This document shows positions 1-13,593 of a stretch of 64,000 nucleotides of DNA, piece by piece. Source of the stretch: Pseudomonadota bacterium (GTDB lineage Bacteria > Pseudomonadota > Gammaproteobacteria > Burkholderiales > Burkholderiaceae_C); assembly GCA_041169085.1 (NCBI GenBank), contig JBEEJT010000218.1:15596-79595 (forward strand). Reading direction: 5' to 3'. The position numbers and the translations under genes were made by a program. Below the pieces are notes generated by a model, which had not been told where the DNA came from, made no database searches, and worked only from the letters and a program-made list of their open reading frames with translations. The first letter of the stretch is position 1; each line of letters starts with the position of its first letter.

Positions 1-1729
<1,729 letters not shown>

Positions 1730-1749
1730 GTTGTCGCTGTGAGGGGTGG

Positions 1750-3465
1750 TCAGGCGGGCCAGGCCGATGGCGCAGTCACGGGTGGTGTCTGGCTGGCGGC
1801 GCTGGCGGGGTCGGTGCCCCCAGCATGCCTGAGAAACGCGAGCGAAGCGAGGGTGCTGGCATCGGTGTGCTCGGGCATGTCTGCGCCTTGCGACAGGTGG
1901 GCCAGCACGCCGTTGGCCACGGTCTTGCCCAGCTCCACGCCCCATTGGTCGAAGGCCAGCGTTTGCCAGATGGCGGCCTGGCAGAACACCTTGTGCTCGT
2001 ACAACGCCACCAGCGCGCCCAGGCTGTGCGGCGTCACGGTGTCGAGCCAGATCAGGTTGCTGGCGGTGTTGCCTTCGAAGCTGCGGTGCGGTGTGAGCCG
2101 ATCGGCCTGGGCCGGGCTCAGGCCGCTGTCGATGAGCAACTGGCGGGTGGTGGGCGCGTCGCGGCCCACCGACAGGGCTTGGGCCTGGGCCAGCATGTTG
2201 GCCTGGTTGAAGCGCTGGTGTTCGTCGGCCAGAGGCAGGCTGGCGTCGCTGCGCCGCGTGCCGATGAAGTCGATGGCCACCCGGTGGGTGCCTTGGTGCA
2301 GCAGTTGGTAATAGGCGTGCTGGCCGTCGATGCCCAGGCCGCCCCACACGATGGGGCCGGTGCCGCCCATGGCGGCTTGCACGGCGCGGCCGTCGGCATG
2401 GGTGCCTTTGCCGTTGGACTCCATGTCCATTTGCTGCAGGTAGCTGGGCAGCAGCGCGAGGTGGGCGGTGTAGCTGGTCACGAGCTGCGTGGGCGTGGCC
2501 AGGAAGTTGCGCTGCCAGATGCCCAGCAGCGCCATCAGCACCGGCAGGTTGGCGGCCAGCGGGGCCTGGGCGAAGTGGCGGTCCATGGCGTGGGCGCCTT
2601 CGAGCAGCTGCAAAAAGGCGTCGGTGCCGATGGCGATGGCCAAGGGCAGGCCGATGGCCGACCACAGCGAGTAGCGCCCGCCCACCCAGTCCCAGAAGGC
2701 CAGCGTGAGGTCGGGGTCGAAGCCCAGCGCCAAGGCGGTGTCGGGGGCCGACGTGATGGCGACAAACTGGCGCTGCCATTGCGCCACGCCCGCATCGGCC
2801 AGCCAGCGGCGGGCGCTGCGAGCGTTGAGCAGCGTCTCTTGCGTGGTGAAGGTCTTGGAGGCGACGACGAAGCCGGTGCGCAGCGGGTCGAGCCCTTGCA
2901 GCACGGCTTGCAACACGGCCGCGTCGGGGTTGGACACGAAGTGCACGCGCACGCCGGGCCTGGCGTCGCGCTGCAAGGCCTGGGCCGCCATGCGGGGGCC
3001 CAGGTCGGAGCCACCGATGCCGATGGCCACCACGTCGGTGATGGGCTTGCGGCTGGCGCCCAGCCAGTCGCCTGCGCGGATGCGCTCGGCCAGCGCCAGC
3101 ATGCGTTCGAGCTGGGTCTTCACGTCGCGGCTGATGGCCGCAGACCAGGTGGGGGTGTCGTCCAGCGCGCCCCGCAAGGCCACGTGCAACACGGCGCGGT
3201 CTTCGGTGGTGTTGATGCGTTCGCCCCGGAACATGGCGTCGCGCTGGGCTTCGAGGTGGCTTTGGCGGGCCAGGTCGAGCAGCGACTGCCAAACGGCGGG
3301 GGTGACGCGCTGGCGGCTGTAGTCCAGCGTCAGGCCGGCGGCCTGGGCTGTCATGCGTGCCGGGCGCTGCGGGTCTTGCAGCAGGTCGCGCAAATGGGGC
3401 ACGTGGGTGGCGGCGAGGGCCAGGGCATGCCAGGCGGGCAAGTGGTGGGGCAGGGCGGCGGTCAT
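1750..3465 (-). CDS. pgi: Glucose-6-phosphate isomerase
   Basis: Motifs [37 protein letters not shown]. Start set at MTAALPHH (3465), not at the ORF-track start inside eda. Confidence 0.95.
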   Translation of the reverse strand: MTAALPHHLPAWHALALAATHVPHLRDLLQDPQRPARMTAQAAGLTLDYSRQRVTPAVWQSLLDLARQSHLEAQRDAMFRGERINTTEDRAVLHVALRGALDDTPTWSAAISRDVKTQLERMLALAERIRAGDWLGASRKPITDVVAIGIGGSDLGPRMAAQALQRDARPGVRVHFVSNPDAAVLQAVLQGLDPLRTGFVVASKTFTTQETLLNARSARRWLADAGVAQWQRQFVAITSAPDTALALGFDPDLTLAFWDWVGGRYSLWSAIGLPLAIAIGTDAFLQLLEGAHAMDRHFAQAPLAANLPVLMALLGIWQRNFLATPTQLVTSYTAHLALLPSYLQQMDMESNGKGTHADGRAVQAAMGGTGPIVWGGLGIDGQHAYYQLLHQGTHRVAIDFIGTRRSDASLPLADEHQRFNQANMLAQAQALSVGRDAPTTRQLLIDSGLSPAQADRLTPHRSFEGNTASNLIWLDTVTPHSLGALVALYEHKVFCQAAIWQTLAFDQWGVELGKTVANGVLAHLSQGADMPEHTDASTLASLAFLRHAGGTDPASAASQTPPVTAPSAWPA

Positions 3466-3601
3466 GGTGTCGGCGATGAAGGGCCTGGCCCGCTTCGTGG
3501 GCGGGCCATGGCGCAGGAGGGGAACCGGGCCGGGTCTCGGCCGCGGTGAACCCGGGGCAGGCGTCAGGGTGATGACGCCTGGGCCCCGTCGTGGGCGTGA
3601 C

Positions 3602-4243
3602 TCAGCGGGCCATGGCGGCCAGCTTGTCGGTGGCGCGCTGGGCCACGCTGGTGATGTGGTCCCAGCGGCCCGCCTCGATGTCGGCCAGCGGGGCCAGCCA
3701 GGAGCCACCCACCACCGCCACGTTGCGCTCGGCCAGCAGCGTGGTGAAGTTGTCTTCGCTCACGCCCCCTGTGGGGCAAAAGCGCACGTCGGGGATGGGC
3801 GAGGCCAGCGCCTTGAGCATGCCCTGGCCACCCGCCTGTTGAGCGGGGAAGAGCTTCATGAGCTTGAAGCCCCGGTCGCGGCAGCCCATCACTTCGCTGG
3901 GCGTCATCACGCCGGGCACGAAGGGCAGGCCCAGCTTCACCACTTCGTCGAGCAGCGAAGCCGTGTGGCCGGGAGACAGGCCAAAGCGGGCGCCAGCCTT
4001 CATCACGCGCTCGACGTCGGCGGCTTGCAGCAAGGTGCCAGCGCCCAGGGCCATTTCGGGCACTTCAGCGGCCACGTTGGCGATCGCGTCGAGCGCGCAA
4101 GGGTGGCGCAGCGTGATCTCGATGACGTCGATGCCGCCGGCCAGCAGGGCGCGGGCCAGGGGCACGGCCTGGTCGGCATGGCTGAGCGCCACCACGGGCA
4201 CCACGCGGGTCTGGAATGGGGGCAAGGGAGCTGGGGTGGTCAT
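3602..4243 (-). CDS. eda: KDPG/KHG aldolase
   Basis: Motifs IEITLR, GAGT, KLFPA, FCPTGGV; directly downstream of edd; start MTTPAP. Confidence 0.95.
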   Translation of the reverse strand: MTTPAPLPPFQTRVVPVVALSHADQAVPLARALLAGGIDVIEITLRHPCALDAIANVAAEVPEMALGAGTLLQAADVERVMKAGARFGLSPGHTASLLDEVVKLGLPFVPGVMTPSEVMGCRDRGFKLMKLFPAQQAGGQGMLKALASPIPDVRFCPTGGVSEDNFTTLLAERNVAVVGGSWLAPLADIEAGRWDHITSVAQRATDKLAAMAR

Positions 4244-4263
4244 GGTGTGTGGGGGGCGAGGGT

Positions 4264-6135
<1,872 letters not shown>

Positions 6136-6177
6136 GGTGGGTTCACCGATCGGGCGTCAAAGGGGCGGTGGCCGGGC

Positions 6178-6912
6178 TCATTGGCCCATCCACACGGCCA
6201 CAGGCTGGCGAGGCTCGTGCAGCACGAGCGACACCGGCCGGCCGGTGCCGGGGGCCTGGCGGGCCAGTTGGTAGATCTGCTGCTTGCTGGCGCCGGAGAT
6301 CTGCAAGGCGATGTGGCGCGCAGAGGTGAGGGCAGGCAGGGTGAGGGTCAGGCGGTCGTGGGGCGCGTGCGGCGGTCGAACCGGGGCACACAGCACGGGG
6401 GCTTCGGGGTCCAGCGCCAGGTCGGCACCGGAAGCTTGAGAAAACAGCGAGGCGGTGTGGCCGTCCAGGCCCATGCCCAGCACGACCACGTCGGCAGGCC
6501 ACAGCGGCTTGAGCTGGGCTTCCACGTCTTGCGCCCAACTGCGGTAAGCCTCGGCCGCCTGGTCCCAGGGCCCGGCGTGCACGGCGGTGTGGGTGGGGGG
6601 CACCCAGCCCACGAAGCGGGCGGCGGCCGCCGGCCCTTGCAGCAGGTGTTGCCGCACGAGGGTGGCGTTGCTGTCGGGGTGTTCAACGGGCACGCAGCGC
6701 TCGTCCACCAGGGTGACGGTGACCTTCTCCCAGGCCAGCGGGTAGCCAGCCAGCGCCTTGAACAAGGGCACGGGCGACTTGCCGCCCGACACGCAGAGCA
6801 AGGCGTGGCCGCGTTGGTCGATGGCGTCTTGCAAGCGGTGAGCGATGTCTTGAGCCAGGCCATCGGCCAGGGCGGCTTCGGAGTCGTGGTGGTGTTCGAC
6901 GAGGCGGGTCAT
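6178..6912 (-). CDS. pgl: 6-phosphogluconolactonase
   Basis: Motifs SGGKSP, DERCV, LGMGLDGHTASLF, RLTLT; lies between zwf and edd. Confidence 0.93.
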   Translation of the reverse strand: MTRLVEHHHDSEAALADGLAQDIAHRLQDAIDQRGHALLCVSGGKSPVPLFKALAGYPLAWEKVTVTLVDERCVPVEHPDSNATLVRQHLLQGPAAAARFVGWVPPTHTAVHAGPWDQAAEAYRSWAQDVEAQLKPLWPADVVVLGMGLDGHTASLFSQASGADLALDPEAPVLCAPVRPPHAPHDRLTLTLPALTSARHIALQISGASKQQIYQLARQAPGTGRPVSLVLHEPRQPVAVWMGQ

Positions 6913-7058
6913 CGTGTGGATTTCCTGTTCAGCGGTGCCGCCTGTCGGGCCTTGTGGGCGCAGGCGGCGGGGTCAGCATGAGCGGTTCGGTGGAACCGGA
7001 CGAGACTGCGGGAACCAAAGAGCGAAGGGCCAGGGAAAGGGGCCCGGCGTCGGGGCCG

Positions 7059-8537
7059 TCAGGCCTCCTCTGCCCACTGCATGTCGGTGCGGGCCGTGAG
7101 CGCCGAGGACGCGGCCGGCCCCCAGGTGCCTGCGGCATAAGGCCGGGGCGGCTCGTTGATGTCTTGCCAGCCATGGAGTATGGGCTCGGCCCAGGTCCAG
7201 GCGGCTTCCAGCTCGTCGTGGCGCATGAAGTGGGTGAGGCGGCCACGGATGACGTCGATCAGCAGGCGCTCGTAAGCTTCGGCACGGCGCTCGGTGAAGG
7301 CCGTGTGCAAGTCGAGGTCGAGTGCCACGGGGCGCCGCCGCATGCCGCTGCCCGGCTCCTTGGCCATGATCTGCAACTGCACCGATTCTTCGGGTTGCAG
7401 CGAGATCACCAGGCGGTTGACCGGCAGGTGATAGGAGTCCGGGAAGATGTTGAACGGCTGGTTGGTGAAGTCGATGACGATTTCGCTCTTGCGTTCGGCC
7501 ATGCGCTTGCCGGTGCGCAGGAAGAAGGGCACGTTGGCCCAGCGCCAGTTGTCGATGTAGGCGCGCAGGGCCACGAAGGTTTCGGTCTGGCTGTGCGGCG
7601 GCACGTTGGCTTCCTGCAGGTAGCCAGGCACGGGCTTGCCGCCGCTGTTGCCCGCCACATACTGGCCTCGCACCACGTCGCGCACCAGCTCGGCCGGGCC
7701 GATGCGGCGCAGCGACTTCAGCACCTTGAGCTTTTCGTCGCGGATGGCGTCGGCGTCGAGCGAGACGGGTGGCTCCATGGCCACGATGGCCAGCAGTTGC
7801 AGCAGGTGGTTTTGCACCATGTCGCGCAAGGCGCCGGTGCCGTCGTAGAAGCCGGCCCGGCTGCCCACGCCCACCGACTCGGCCACCGTGATCTGCACGC
7901 TGCGGATGTGGCCAGCGCGCCAGATGGGCTCGAAGATGGAGTTGCCGAAGCGCAGCACCATCAGGTTCTGCACGGTCTCCTTGCCCAGGTAGTGGTCGAT
8001 CCGGTAGATCTGGTGTTCGGCGAAATGGCGCCCCACCTGTTGGTTGATGGCCCGCGCAGAGGCCAGGTCATGGCCCAGTGGCTTTTCGAGCACCACACGC
8101 GCATGGGCGTCCACCAGGCCGCAGCCGGCGAGCAGCTCGCAGATGCCGGCAAACAGGCTGGGGGCCGTGGCCAGGTAGAACACGCGCTGGGCGCCCGTGC
8201 GCGTTTGGGCGGCCAGCCGGGCGTAGTCGGCGGGTTGGCTGGCGTCGAGCGGCACGTAGTCGAACAAGGCCACGAAGCGTTGCCAGAGGTCTTCTTGCCA
8301 GTCTTTGGCTTCGATGAACTCGCGTGAGGCGTTGAGCGTCTGCGCCACGTAATCGTCGCGCGACATGGCCTGGCGACCCAGGCCGTAGATGTGGGTGTCG
8401 GCGGGCAGTCGGTCGTGGGCGAAAGCCATGTACAGCGCAGGCAGCAGCTTGCGGATGGACAGGTCGCCGGTGGCACCGAAGATCAAGAGATCCAGCTTCG
8501 TGGGCTGGGCCGAAGCAGCGGGTGTGGGGGTAGACAC
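7059..8537 (-). CDS. zwf: Glucose-6-phosphate 1-dehydrogenase
   Basis: Motifs GATGDL, RIDHYLGKETVQN, RDMVQNHLLQ, RWANVPFFLRTGKR; GTG start. Confidence 0.97.
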   Translation of the reverse strand: MSTPTPAASAQPTKLDLLIFGATGDLSIRKLLPALYMAFAHDRLPADTHIYGLGRQAMSRDDYVAQTLNASREFIEAKDWQEDLWQRFVALFDYVPLDASQPADYARLAAQTRTGAQRVFYLATAPSLFAGICELLAGCGLVDAHARVVLEKPLGHDLASARAINQQVGRHFAEHQIYRIDHYLGKETVQNLMVLRFGNSIFEPIWRAGHIRSVQITVAESVGVGSRAGFYDGTGALRDMVQNHLLQLLAIVAMEPPVSLDADAIRDEKLKVLKSLRRIGPAELVRDVVRGQYVAGNSGGKPVPGYLQEANVPPHSQTETFVALRAYIDNWRWANVPFFLRTGKRMAERKSEIVIDFTNQPFNIFPDSYHLPVNRLVISLQPEESVQLQIMAKEPGSGMRRRPVALDLDLHTAFTERRAEAYERLLIDVIRGRLTHFMRHDELEAAWTWAEPILHGWQDINEPPRPYAAGTWGPAASSALTARTDMQWAEEA

Positions 8538-8560
8538 AGTGAGGGGCTTTCTTCAGCGGT

Positions 8561-8598
8561 TGTAACGCCGTTACGCGCTACTGTGTAATTGAATTACA
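8561..8598. promoter_or_regulatory. Two 15-bp palindromic HexR-type operators upstream of zwf
   Basis: TGTAATTGAATTACA (8584-8598, perfect inverted repeat) and TGTAACGCCGTTACG (8561-8575). Both fit the TGTAAT-N3-ATTACA HexR-type consensus as I recall it, and an RpiR/HexR gene is in the window. Confidence 0.75.
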
Positions 8599-8713
8599 TG
8601 CTGATCTTAATGAATTCTTTCGCCCTTGGGAAGGGGGCAAAGGCGGCAACAACAGGGACTTTTCGAGGGCCAAAGAGCGGGCGCCCGGCATCGGGGCGCG
8701 GCGCCGGGCGGCG

Positions 8714-9970
8714 TCAGGCTTCCAGCTTCAGGAAGACCTCGCGGTCGGGCGCGAAATTCGCATACAGCGGCATCAGGGCGCCACCCAGGGCGCGGGCGTC
8801 GGAACCGATGGTGCCGGGCAGGAGTTCGGGCTGGAAGACGCCTTCCCAGCGGTACTCGGACAAGGCGTTCTGCGTGGCCAAGACCAATTGCTGGTGCATG
8901 GAACGCGAGAACGAGCCGTCAACGATCACCCCGTCGATGTCGAGCAGGCTGGCCGTGACGTTGGCGGCCATGGCGATGCCGCGCGCGGTCTGCGCCAGCC
9001 AGGCCTGGCTGTGCGGCGCCCAGTCGGCTTGCAGGGCGCGCTCGTCGTAAGCGGCCGACGGGTCGAGCCCGGCTTGCTCAAAAGCCTGTTCCAGGTTTTG
9101 CAGCGAGGCCACGCTGAGCAACTGTGGGGGCAGGCCCTGGTTGGCCCCTTGGCTCAGGCCCAGCGGCAGCGAGCCCACGGCGCCACCGTTGCCGTGCCGG
9201 CCGGCGTGCAGCCGGCTGTCGATCACCAGGCCGCCACCCACGAAGGTGTCGACGAACACATAAAGAAAGCTGCGCACGGTGCGGCCCACCCCGGCCACCA
9301 GCTCGGCCACGCAGGCCGCGGAGGTGTCCTTGACAAAGTGCACGTCCAGGTCGGTGATGGTTTGCAAGGTGCGCACGGTGTCGAGCTGCTGCCAGCGCTC
9401 GGCCTTGTCTCGCGGCATGCCCAGCAGGGTTTGCCAGCCGCCCAGGAAGAAGGGGGCGGCCACGCCCACGCCTTGCAAGCGCTGGGAGAGGCCCTCGCCC
9501 TGGATCTCCAGGTGCGCCTGCAGGCGCTGCAGGTCGCGGCCGATGTCGGCGAACAGCTGGTCGGGGTCGGGCCAGGGGTAAGGCGTGGAATGGCGCAGGC
9601 GCACGGCGCCGGTGAAGTCCACGAGCAGCGCGTCCATGCTGCGACGGCCCACCTTGATGCCCACGGCAAAGGCGCCATCGGGGTTGAGCGCGATGGGCAC
9701 GGAAGGCTGGCCCACGCGCCCGCCGCGCACCGGGGCCTGCTTGCGCACCAGGCCTTCCATCAACAGGCGGTCGATGATGAGCGACACGGCCTGGGCGCTG
9801 AGGTGGGTGAGCCGCGCCAATTCGGCCTTGGGCAAGGCCCCATGCATGCGGATGGCTTGCAACACCACGCGCTCGTTGTATTGCCTCACGCCGCCCTGGT
9901 TGGAACCACGGGCGGGCAGGGGGGCGGTGGGACGAGGGGTGGGGCGGGCCATGGCGGGAACTGCTTGCAT
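8714..9970 (-). CDS. ROK-family transcriptional regulator (FrcR-like)
   Basis: N-terminal HTH (LPKAELARLTHLSAQAVS), GQPS, ROK domain (DTSAACVAE, GGGLVID, GNGGAVG). The start may instead be 9952. Confidence 0.88.
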   Translation of the reverse strand: MQAVPAMARPTPRPTAPLPARGSNQGGVRQYNERVVLQAIRMHGALPKAELARLTHLSAQAVSLIIDRLLMEGLVRKQAPVRGGRVGQPSVPIALNPDGAFAVGIKVGRRSMDALLVDFTGAVRLRHSTPYPWPDPDQLFADIGRDLQRLQAHLEIQGEGLSQRLQGVGVAAPFFLGGWQTLLGMPRDKAERWQQLDTVRTLQTITDLDVHFVKDTSAACVAELVAGVGRTVRSFLYVFVDTFVGGGLVIDSRLHAGRHGNGGAVGSLPLGLSQGANQGLPPQLLSVASLQNLEQAFEQAGLDPSAAYDERALQADWAPHSQAWLAQTARGIAMAANVTASLLDIDGVIVDGSFSRSMHQQLVLATQNALSEYRWEGVFQPELLPGTIGSDARALGGALMPLYANFAPDREVFLKLEA

Positions 9971-10007
9971 CTGTCGACAACCAGGGGCGGTCAGCGATGC
10001 CGGGCCT

Positions 10008-10478
10008 TCAGGGCCGCAGCGCTTCGCCGATCACGCCTTTCTTGATCAGCACATTGCCATAAGGTTGGGGGTCACCCGTCAGCACAATGGCGCTGGCGCG
10101 ACGGGTGCGCTCATAAAAAGCGTAGCGTTCGATGAACTCGGTGTCTTCGGGCGCCAGCCAACCCTTGGTGCGCAGCATGGCTTGCACGTCGCGTTGCAGG
10201 CCGGAAGCCTGGCCCGCCGCGAAGTGACACACCTGCATGAAGCCCACCGGCTTTTCCTGGGGGGTGCCCAAGGGCAGCAGGCTCAAGATGGCTTCGGTCA
10301 TGCGCAGCACGGTGGCACACGGGATGCGGATCAGCGGCTTGCTGCCACCGCCAGCCTCCCGCGCGAGCGTGGCGGCCGTGAAATTGGCGTCGGCCACGAT
10401 GATCTCGTCGCCATGGCCCATCTCCGCCAGCACCTTGAGCAGCTCCGGCGTCAGCAGGGGGTCGATGCCCTTCAGCAC
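10008..10478 (-). CDS. RbsD/FucU-family sugar mutarotase/pyranase
   Basis: MLKGIDPLLTPELLKVLAEMGHGDEIIVADANF...RYAFYER...YGNVLIKKGVI; GTG start overlaps the ATPase stop. Confidence 0.9.
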   Translation of the reverse strand: MLKGIDPLLTPELLKVLAEMGHGDEIIVADANFTAATLAREAGGGSKPLIRIPCATVLRMTEAILSLLPLGTPQEKPVGFMQVCHFAAGQASGLQRDVQAMLRTKGWLAPEDTEFIERYAFYERTRRASAIVLTGDPQPYGNVLIKKGVIGEALRP

Positions 10479-11278
10479 AGGGCCTCCCGGGGCAGTTGGT
10501 CAGGCGTCATGGCGCCGGTCATCACCGACACGGTGTCGGCCATGGAGATCATCTTGGGGTTGAGCACCGCCGCGCGTTTGCCCAGGCGCTGCACGTGGAT
10601 GCGGTCGGCGATCTCGAAGACGTGCGGCATGTTGTGGCTGATGAGGATGACGGGCAGGCCCTTGTCGCGCACGCGGCGGATGAGTTCGAGCACCATGTTG
10701 CCTTCCTTGACGCCCAGTGCGGCGGTGGGCTCGTCCATGATCACCACGTTCTTGGCGAAGGCGGCGGCGCGGGCCACGGCCACGCACTGGCGCTGGCCGC
10801 CCGACAAGGTTTCCACGGCCTGGGTCATGGAGCGGATGCCGACCTTCAAGTCGTTCATGCGCTCGATCGCTTCTTCCAGCATGCGCTTCTTGTCGATCAT
10901 GCCCAGCATGCGGGGCAGCATGCCGGGCCTGATGATCTCGCGGCCCAAAAAGAGGTTTTCGGCGATGGTCATGGCCGGGGCCACGGCCAGGTCCTGGTAC
11001 ACCGTCTCGATGCCTTGGCGGCGAGCGTCGATGGGCGACTTCATCTGGATGCGCTGGCCGTGCATCTGGATGTCGCCCTCGTCGGGGATGGTGGCGCCCG
11101 ACAGCGCCTTGATCAACGAGGACTTGCCGGCGCCGTTGTCGCCGATCACGGCCAGGATCTCGCCGGCGCGCAACTCGAAGTCGGCGCCATCCAGGGCGGT
11201 GACCTGGCCGTAGCGTTTGACCAGGCCCCGGGCCTGCATCACGATGGGTTGGGTGGAGGTGGCAGCGGTGGCGTGCAT
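10472..11278 (-). CDS. frcA: Sugar ABC transporter ATP-binding protein (FrcA-like, single NBD)
   Basis: Walker A GDNGAGKS, LSGGQ signature, MDEPTAALG, ISHNM. Confidence 0.85.
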   Translation of the reverse strand: MHATAATSTQPIVMQARGLVKRYGQVTALDGADFELRAGEILAVIGDNGAGKSSLIKALSGATIPDEGDIQMHGQRIQMKSPIDARRQGIETVYQDLAVAPAMTIAENLFLGREIIRPGMLPRMLGMIDKKRMLEEAIERMNDLKVGIRSMTQAVETLSGGQRQCVAVARAAAFAKNVVIMDEPTAALGVKEGNMVLELIRRVRDKGLPVILISHNMPHVFEIADRIHVQRLGKRAAVLNPKMISMADTVSVMTGAMTPDQLPREALC

Positions 11279-11302
11279 GGGGTTGCTCCTGGAGAGATGC
11301 GC

Positions 11303-12259
11303 TCAGCGCTGCTTGTGGGTCAGCTGGTCGGTGGCCACAGCCAAGATGACCAGGATGCCGGTGATCAAAATTTGGTAGACGGACGACACGCCCATCAAGG
11401 TCAGGCCGTTGCGGAACACGCCCACGATCAGGGCGCCGATCAAGGTGCCCACGATGGCGCCCCGGCCGCCGAACAGGCTGGTGCCGCCCAGCACCACGGC
11501 GGTGATGGAGTCGAGGTTTTCCGTCTGACCGGCCTGAGGGTCGCCCACGCCGGTGCGGGCCACCGACAGCATGGCGGCCACGCCGTAAAAGGTGCCGGCC
11601 AGGGCGTAGACGGTGAGCAGCACGCGTTCGGTGGAGATGCCCGTCAGGCGGGCGGCCTCGCGGTTGTTGCCCACGGCATAGAGGTGGCGGCCCGGCGCGG
11701 TCTGCGTCAGCGCGAACCACACGACCCCATACAGGGCCAGCATCAGCAGCACGCCGCGCGCCACCGGTGTGCCCAGGATCATCGCCGGGTCACCCAGCCA
11801 GGTCATGGCTTCGGGCAAGTCGGTCACGGTTTGGGATTCGGAATAGATCTGTGTGATCGCGAAGGCGATGTTCATGGTGCCCAGCGTCACGATGAACGGG
11901 GGCAGCTTCACCTTGGTCACCAGCAGGCCGTTGACCAAGCCGAAGGCGGTGGTGGCCCCCACGCCCAGCGCCACGGCGGCGGCAGGCGGCAGGCCCAGTT
12001 CCACGGCGAACTTGGTCATGATGATGGAGCCCAGCGCCATCACCATGCCGCACGACAGGTCGATGCCCGCCGTCAAGATGATCAGGGTCTGGCCGACCGC
12101 CAGCAAACCCACCACCATCACCTGTTGCATCACCAGCGAGAAGTTCTGCCCCGACAAGAAGGTGTCGGTCTTGAACGAGAAGAAAGCGCACGCGGCCATC
12201 AAGGCCAGCAAGGGCCCCAAAGTGGACATGGGGGGCAGGCGACGGGCGAGGTCTTTCAT
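11303..12259 (-). CDS. frcC: Sugar ABC transporter permease (FrcC/RbsC-like)
   Basis: Motifs IILTAGIDLSCG, PPFIVTLGT, GNNREAARLTGI, VVLGGTSLFGGRG; AGGA RBS before ATG 12259. Confidence 0.85.
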   Translation of the reverse strand: MKDLARRLPPMSTLGPLLALMAACAFFSFKTDTFLSGQNFSLVMQQVMVVGLLAVGQTLIILTAGIDLSCGMVMALGSIIMTKFAVELGLPPAAAVALGVGATTAFGLVNGLLVTKVKLPPFIVTLGTMNIAFAITQIYSESQTVTDLPEAMTWLGDPAMILGTPVARGVLLMLALYGVVWFALTQTAPGRHLYAVGNNREAARLTGISTERVLLTVYALAGTFYGVAAMLSVARTGVGDPQAGQTENLDSITAVVLGGTSLFGGRGAIVGTLIGALIVGVFRNGLTLMGVSSVYQILITGILVILAVATDQLTHKQR

Positions 12260-12331
12260 GGCGATTCCTGCTTGGGGAGAAGAGGTGGGGGTGGGGGCAA
12301 GCATGTCGGTCGGTCCTGTCTACTTGTCAGA

Positions 12332-13336
12332 TCACTTCTTGCCCCAGCACAGGTCCAGGCCCACCTTGGTGTCCTTGCTGTCGACGCCCGCCACCGCCTT
12401 GTTGGCGATCAGGGTCACGCCGGTGTCGGTGTAACCCGCCACCTTCTTGCCGCTCTTGGCGTATTCGATGCCAGCGTCCACGCCCATCGAAGCCATCTTC
12501 AGCGGGTACTGCTGCGACGTGGCGGCGATCTTGCCTGCGGCCACGTCCTTCACACCCTGGCAGCCGCCGTCGACCGACACGATCATCACGGCCTTTTCCT
12601 TGCCGGCGGCCTTCAGCGCCTTGTAGGCACCGGCGGCAGCGGGTTCGTTGATCGTGTAGACCAGGTTGATGTCGGGGTTCTTTTGCAGGCAGTTCTCCAT
12701 GGCGGTCTGGCCCTTGGCCTGGTCGCCATAGGAGTCGGCCATGCAGACCACTTCAGCGGGCTTGCTCAGCTCGTTGGACGAGGCGGCGTTGGCGGCCAGG
12801 CCATAGCCCTTGAGGAAGCCGTTGTGGCGTTGCGCGCCCACGGGGTGACCAGGGAAGAGGTCGAGCGTGGCGATCTTGACGGGCTTGCCACCCAGGGCGG
12901 CCTTGGCGTATTGGCCGATCAGCACACCGGCCTTGTAGTTGTCGGTGGCGAACAGGGCGTCCACGGCCTCTTGCGGGTCGGTGGGGCTGTCGAGCGCGAT
13001 GACCATCACGCCCTTGTCACGGGCCTTCTTGATGGCCGGGATGATGGCCTTGGCGTCGGACGGGGTGATCAGGATGGTCTTGGCGCCGGCGGCCATCATG
13101 TTTTCGATGGCGGTGACCTGGCCCGCGTTGTCGCCGTCTTGCTTGCCTGCGGCACTCAGCAACTTGGCGCCGTGGGCCTTGGCGGCTTCGGCCGCACCTT
13201 CCTTCATCTTCACGAAGAAGGGGTTGGTCTCGGTCTTGGTGATCAGGCCGACGATGGGTTGGTCGGCTGCCGCGGCAAACGAAGCGGCGGCCAGGGCGAT
13301 GGCGCCGAACGAGACGGCCAGGGTGCGGGTGGTCAT
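12332..13336 (-). CDS. frcB: Sugar ABC transporter periplasmic binding protein (FrcB-like)
   Basis: Signal peptide; VGLITKTETNPFFVKMKEGA, ALDSP, FATDN, YTINEP, SVDGGC, QQYPLKMA. Confidence 0.85.
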   Translation of the reverse strand: MTTRTLAVSFGAIALAAASFAAAADQPIVGLITKTETNPFFVKMKEGAAEAAKAHGAKLLSAAGKQDGDNAGQVTAIENMMAAGAKTILITPSDAKAIIPAIKKARDKGVMVIALDSPTDPQEAVDALFATDNYKAGVLIGQYAKAALGGKPVKIATLDLFPGHPVGAQRHNGFLKGYGLAANAASSNELSKPAEVVCMADSYGDQAKGQTAMENCLQKNPDINLVYTINEPAAAGAYKALKAAGKEKAVMIVSVDGGCQGVKDVAAGKIAATSQQYPLKMASMGVDAGIEYAKSGKKVAGYTDTGVTLIANKAVAGVDSKDTKVGLDLCWGKK

Positions 13337-13441
13337 GTTGGAAGCTCCTCAGTCAGGGGTTGGTCTGTCCAGATCTGCGTCGACCGCAGCCAGAGCGGGT
13401 GGCTCTTTGCGGCGACCGCGGGACGAAGTATCGGAATGGAA

Positions 13442-13470
13442 CATTAATAAATCAAGTGGTTGTATTAATG
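13442..13470. promoter_or_regulatory. AT-rich imperfect palindrome in the frcB/pfkB divergent promoter (candidate ROK operator)
   Basis: CATTAATA-N13-TATTAATG; 11 of 14 positions pair across the whole arms. Confidence 0.55.
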
Positions 13471-13593
13471 GGAAACCCTAGTGTCAAACCCTAGGTGACC
13501 ACGCGACACTGGCGGCCGTGCAAAGTGACCTGAAGACCGTGCCTCGGCCGGCACTCAGGGTTTGCCTGGATCTGATGCGTTGGAGAGCCAAAC

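Noticed and set aside
3466-3708. N-terminal 81-aa extension of Pgi in the ORF track
   Set aside because: It overlaps the eda 3' end and spans a hairpin-rich spacer; homology starts after MTAALPHH.
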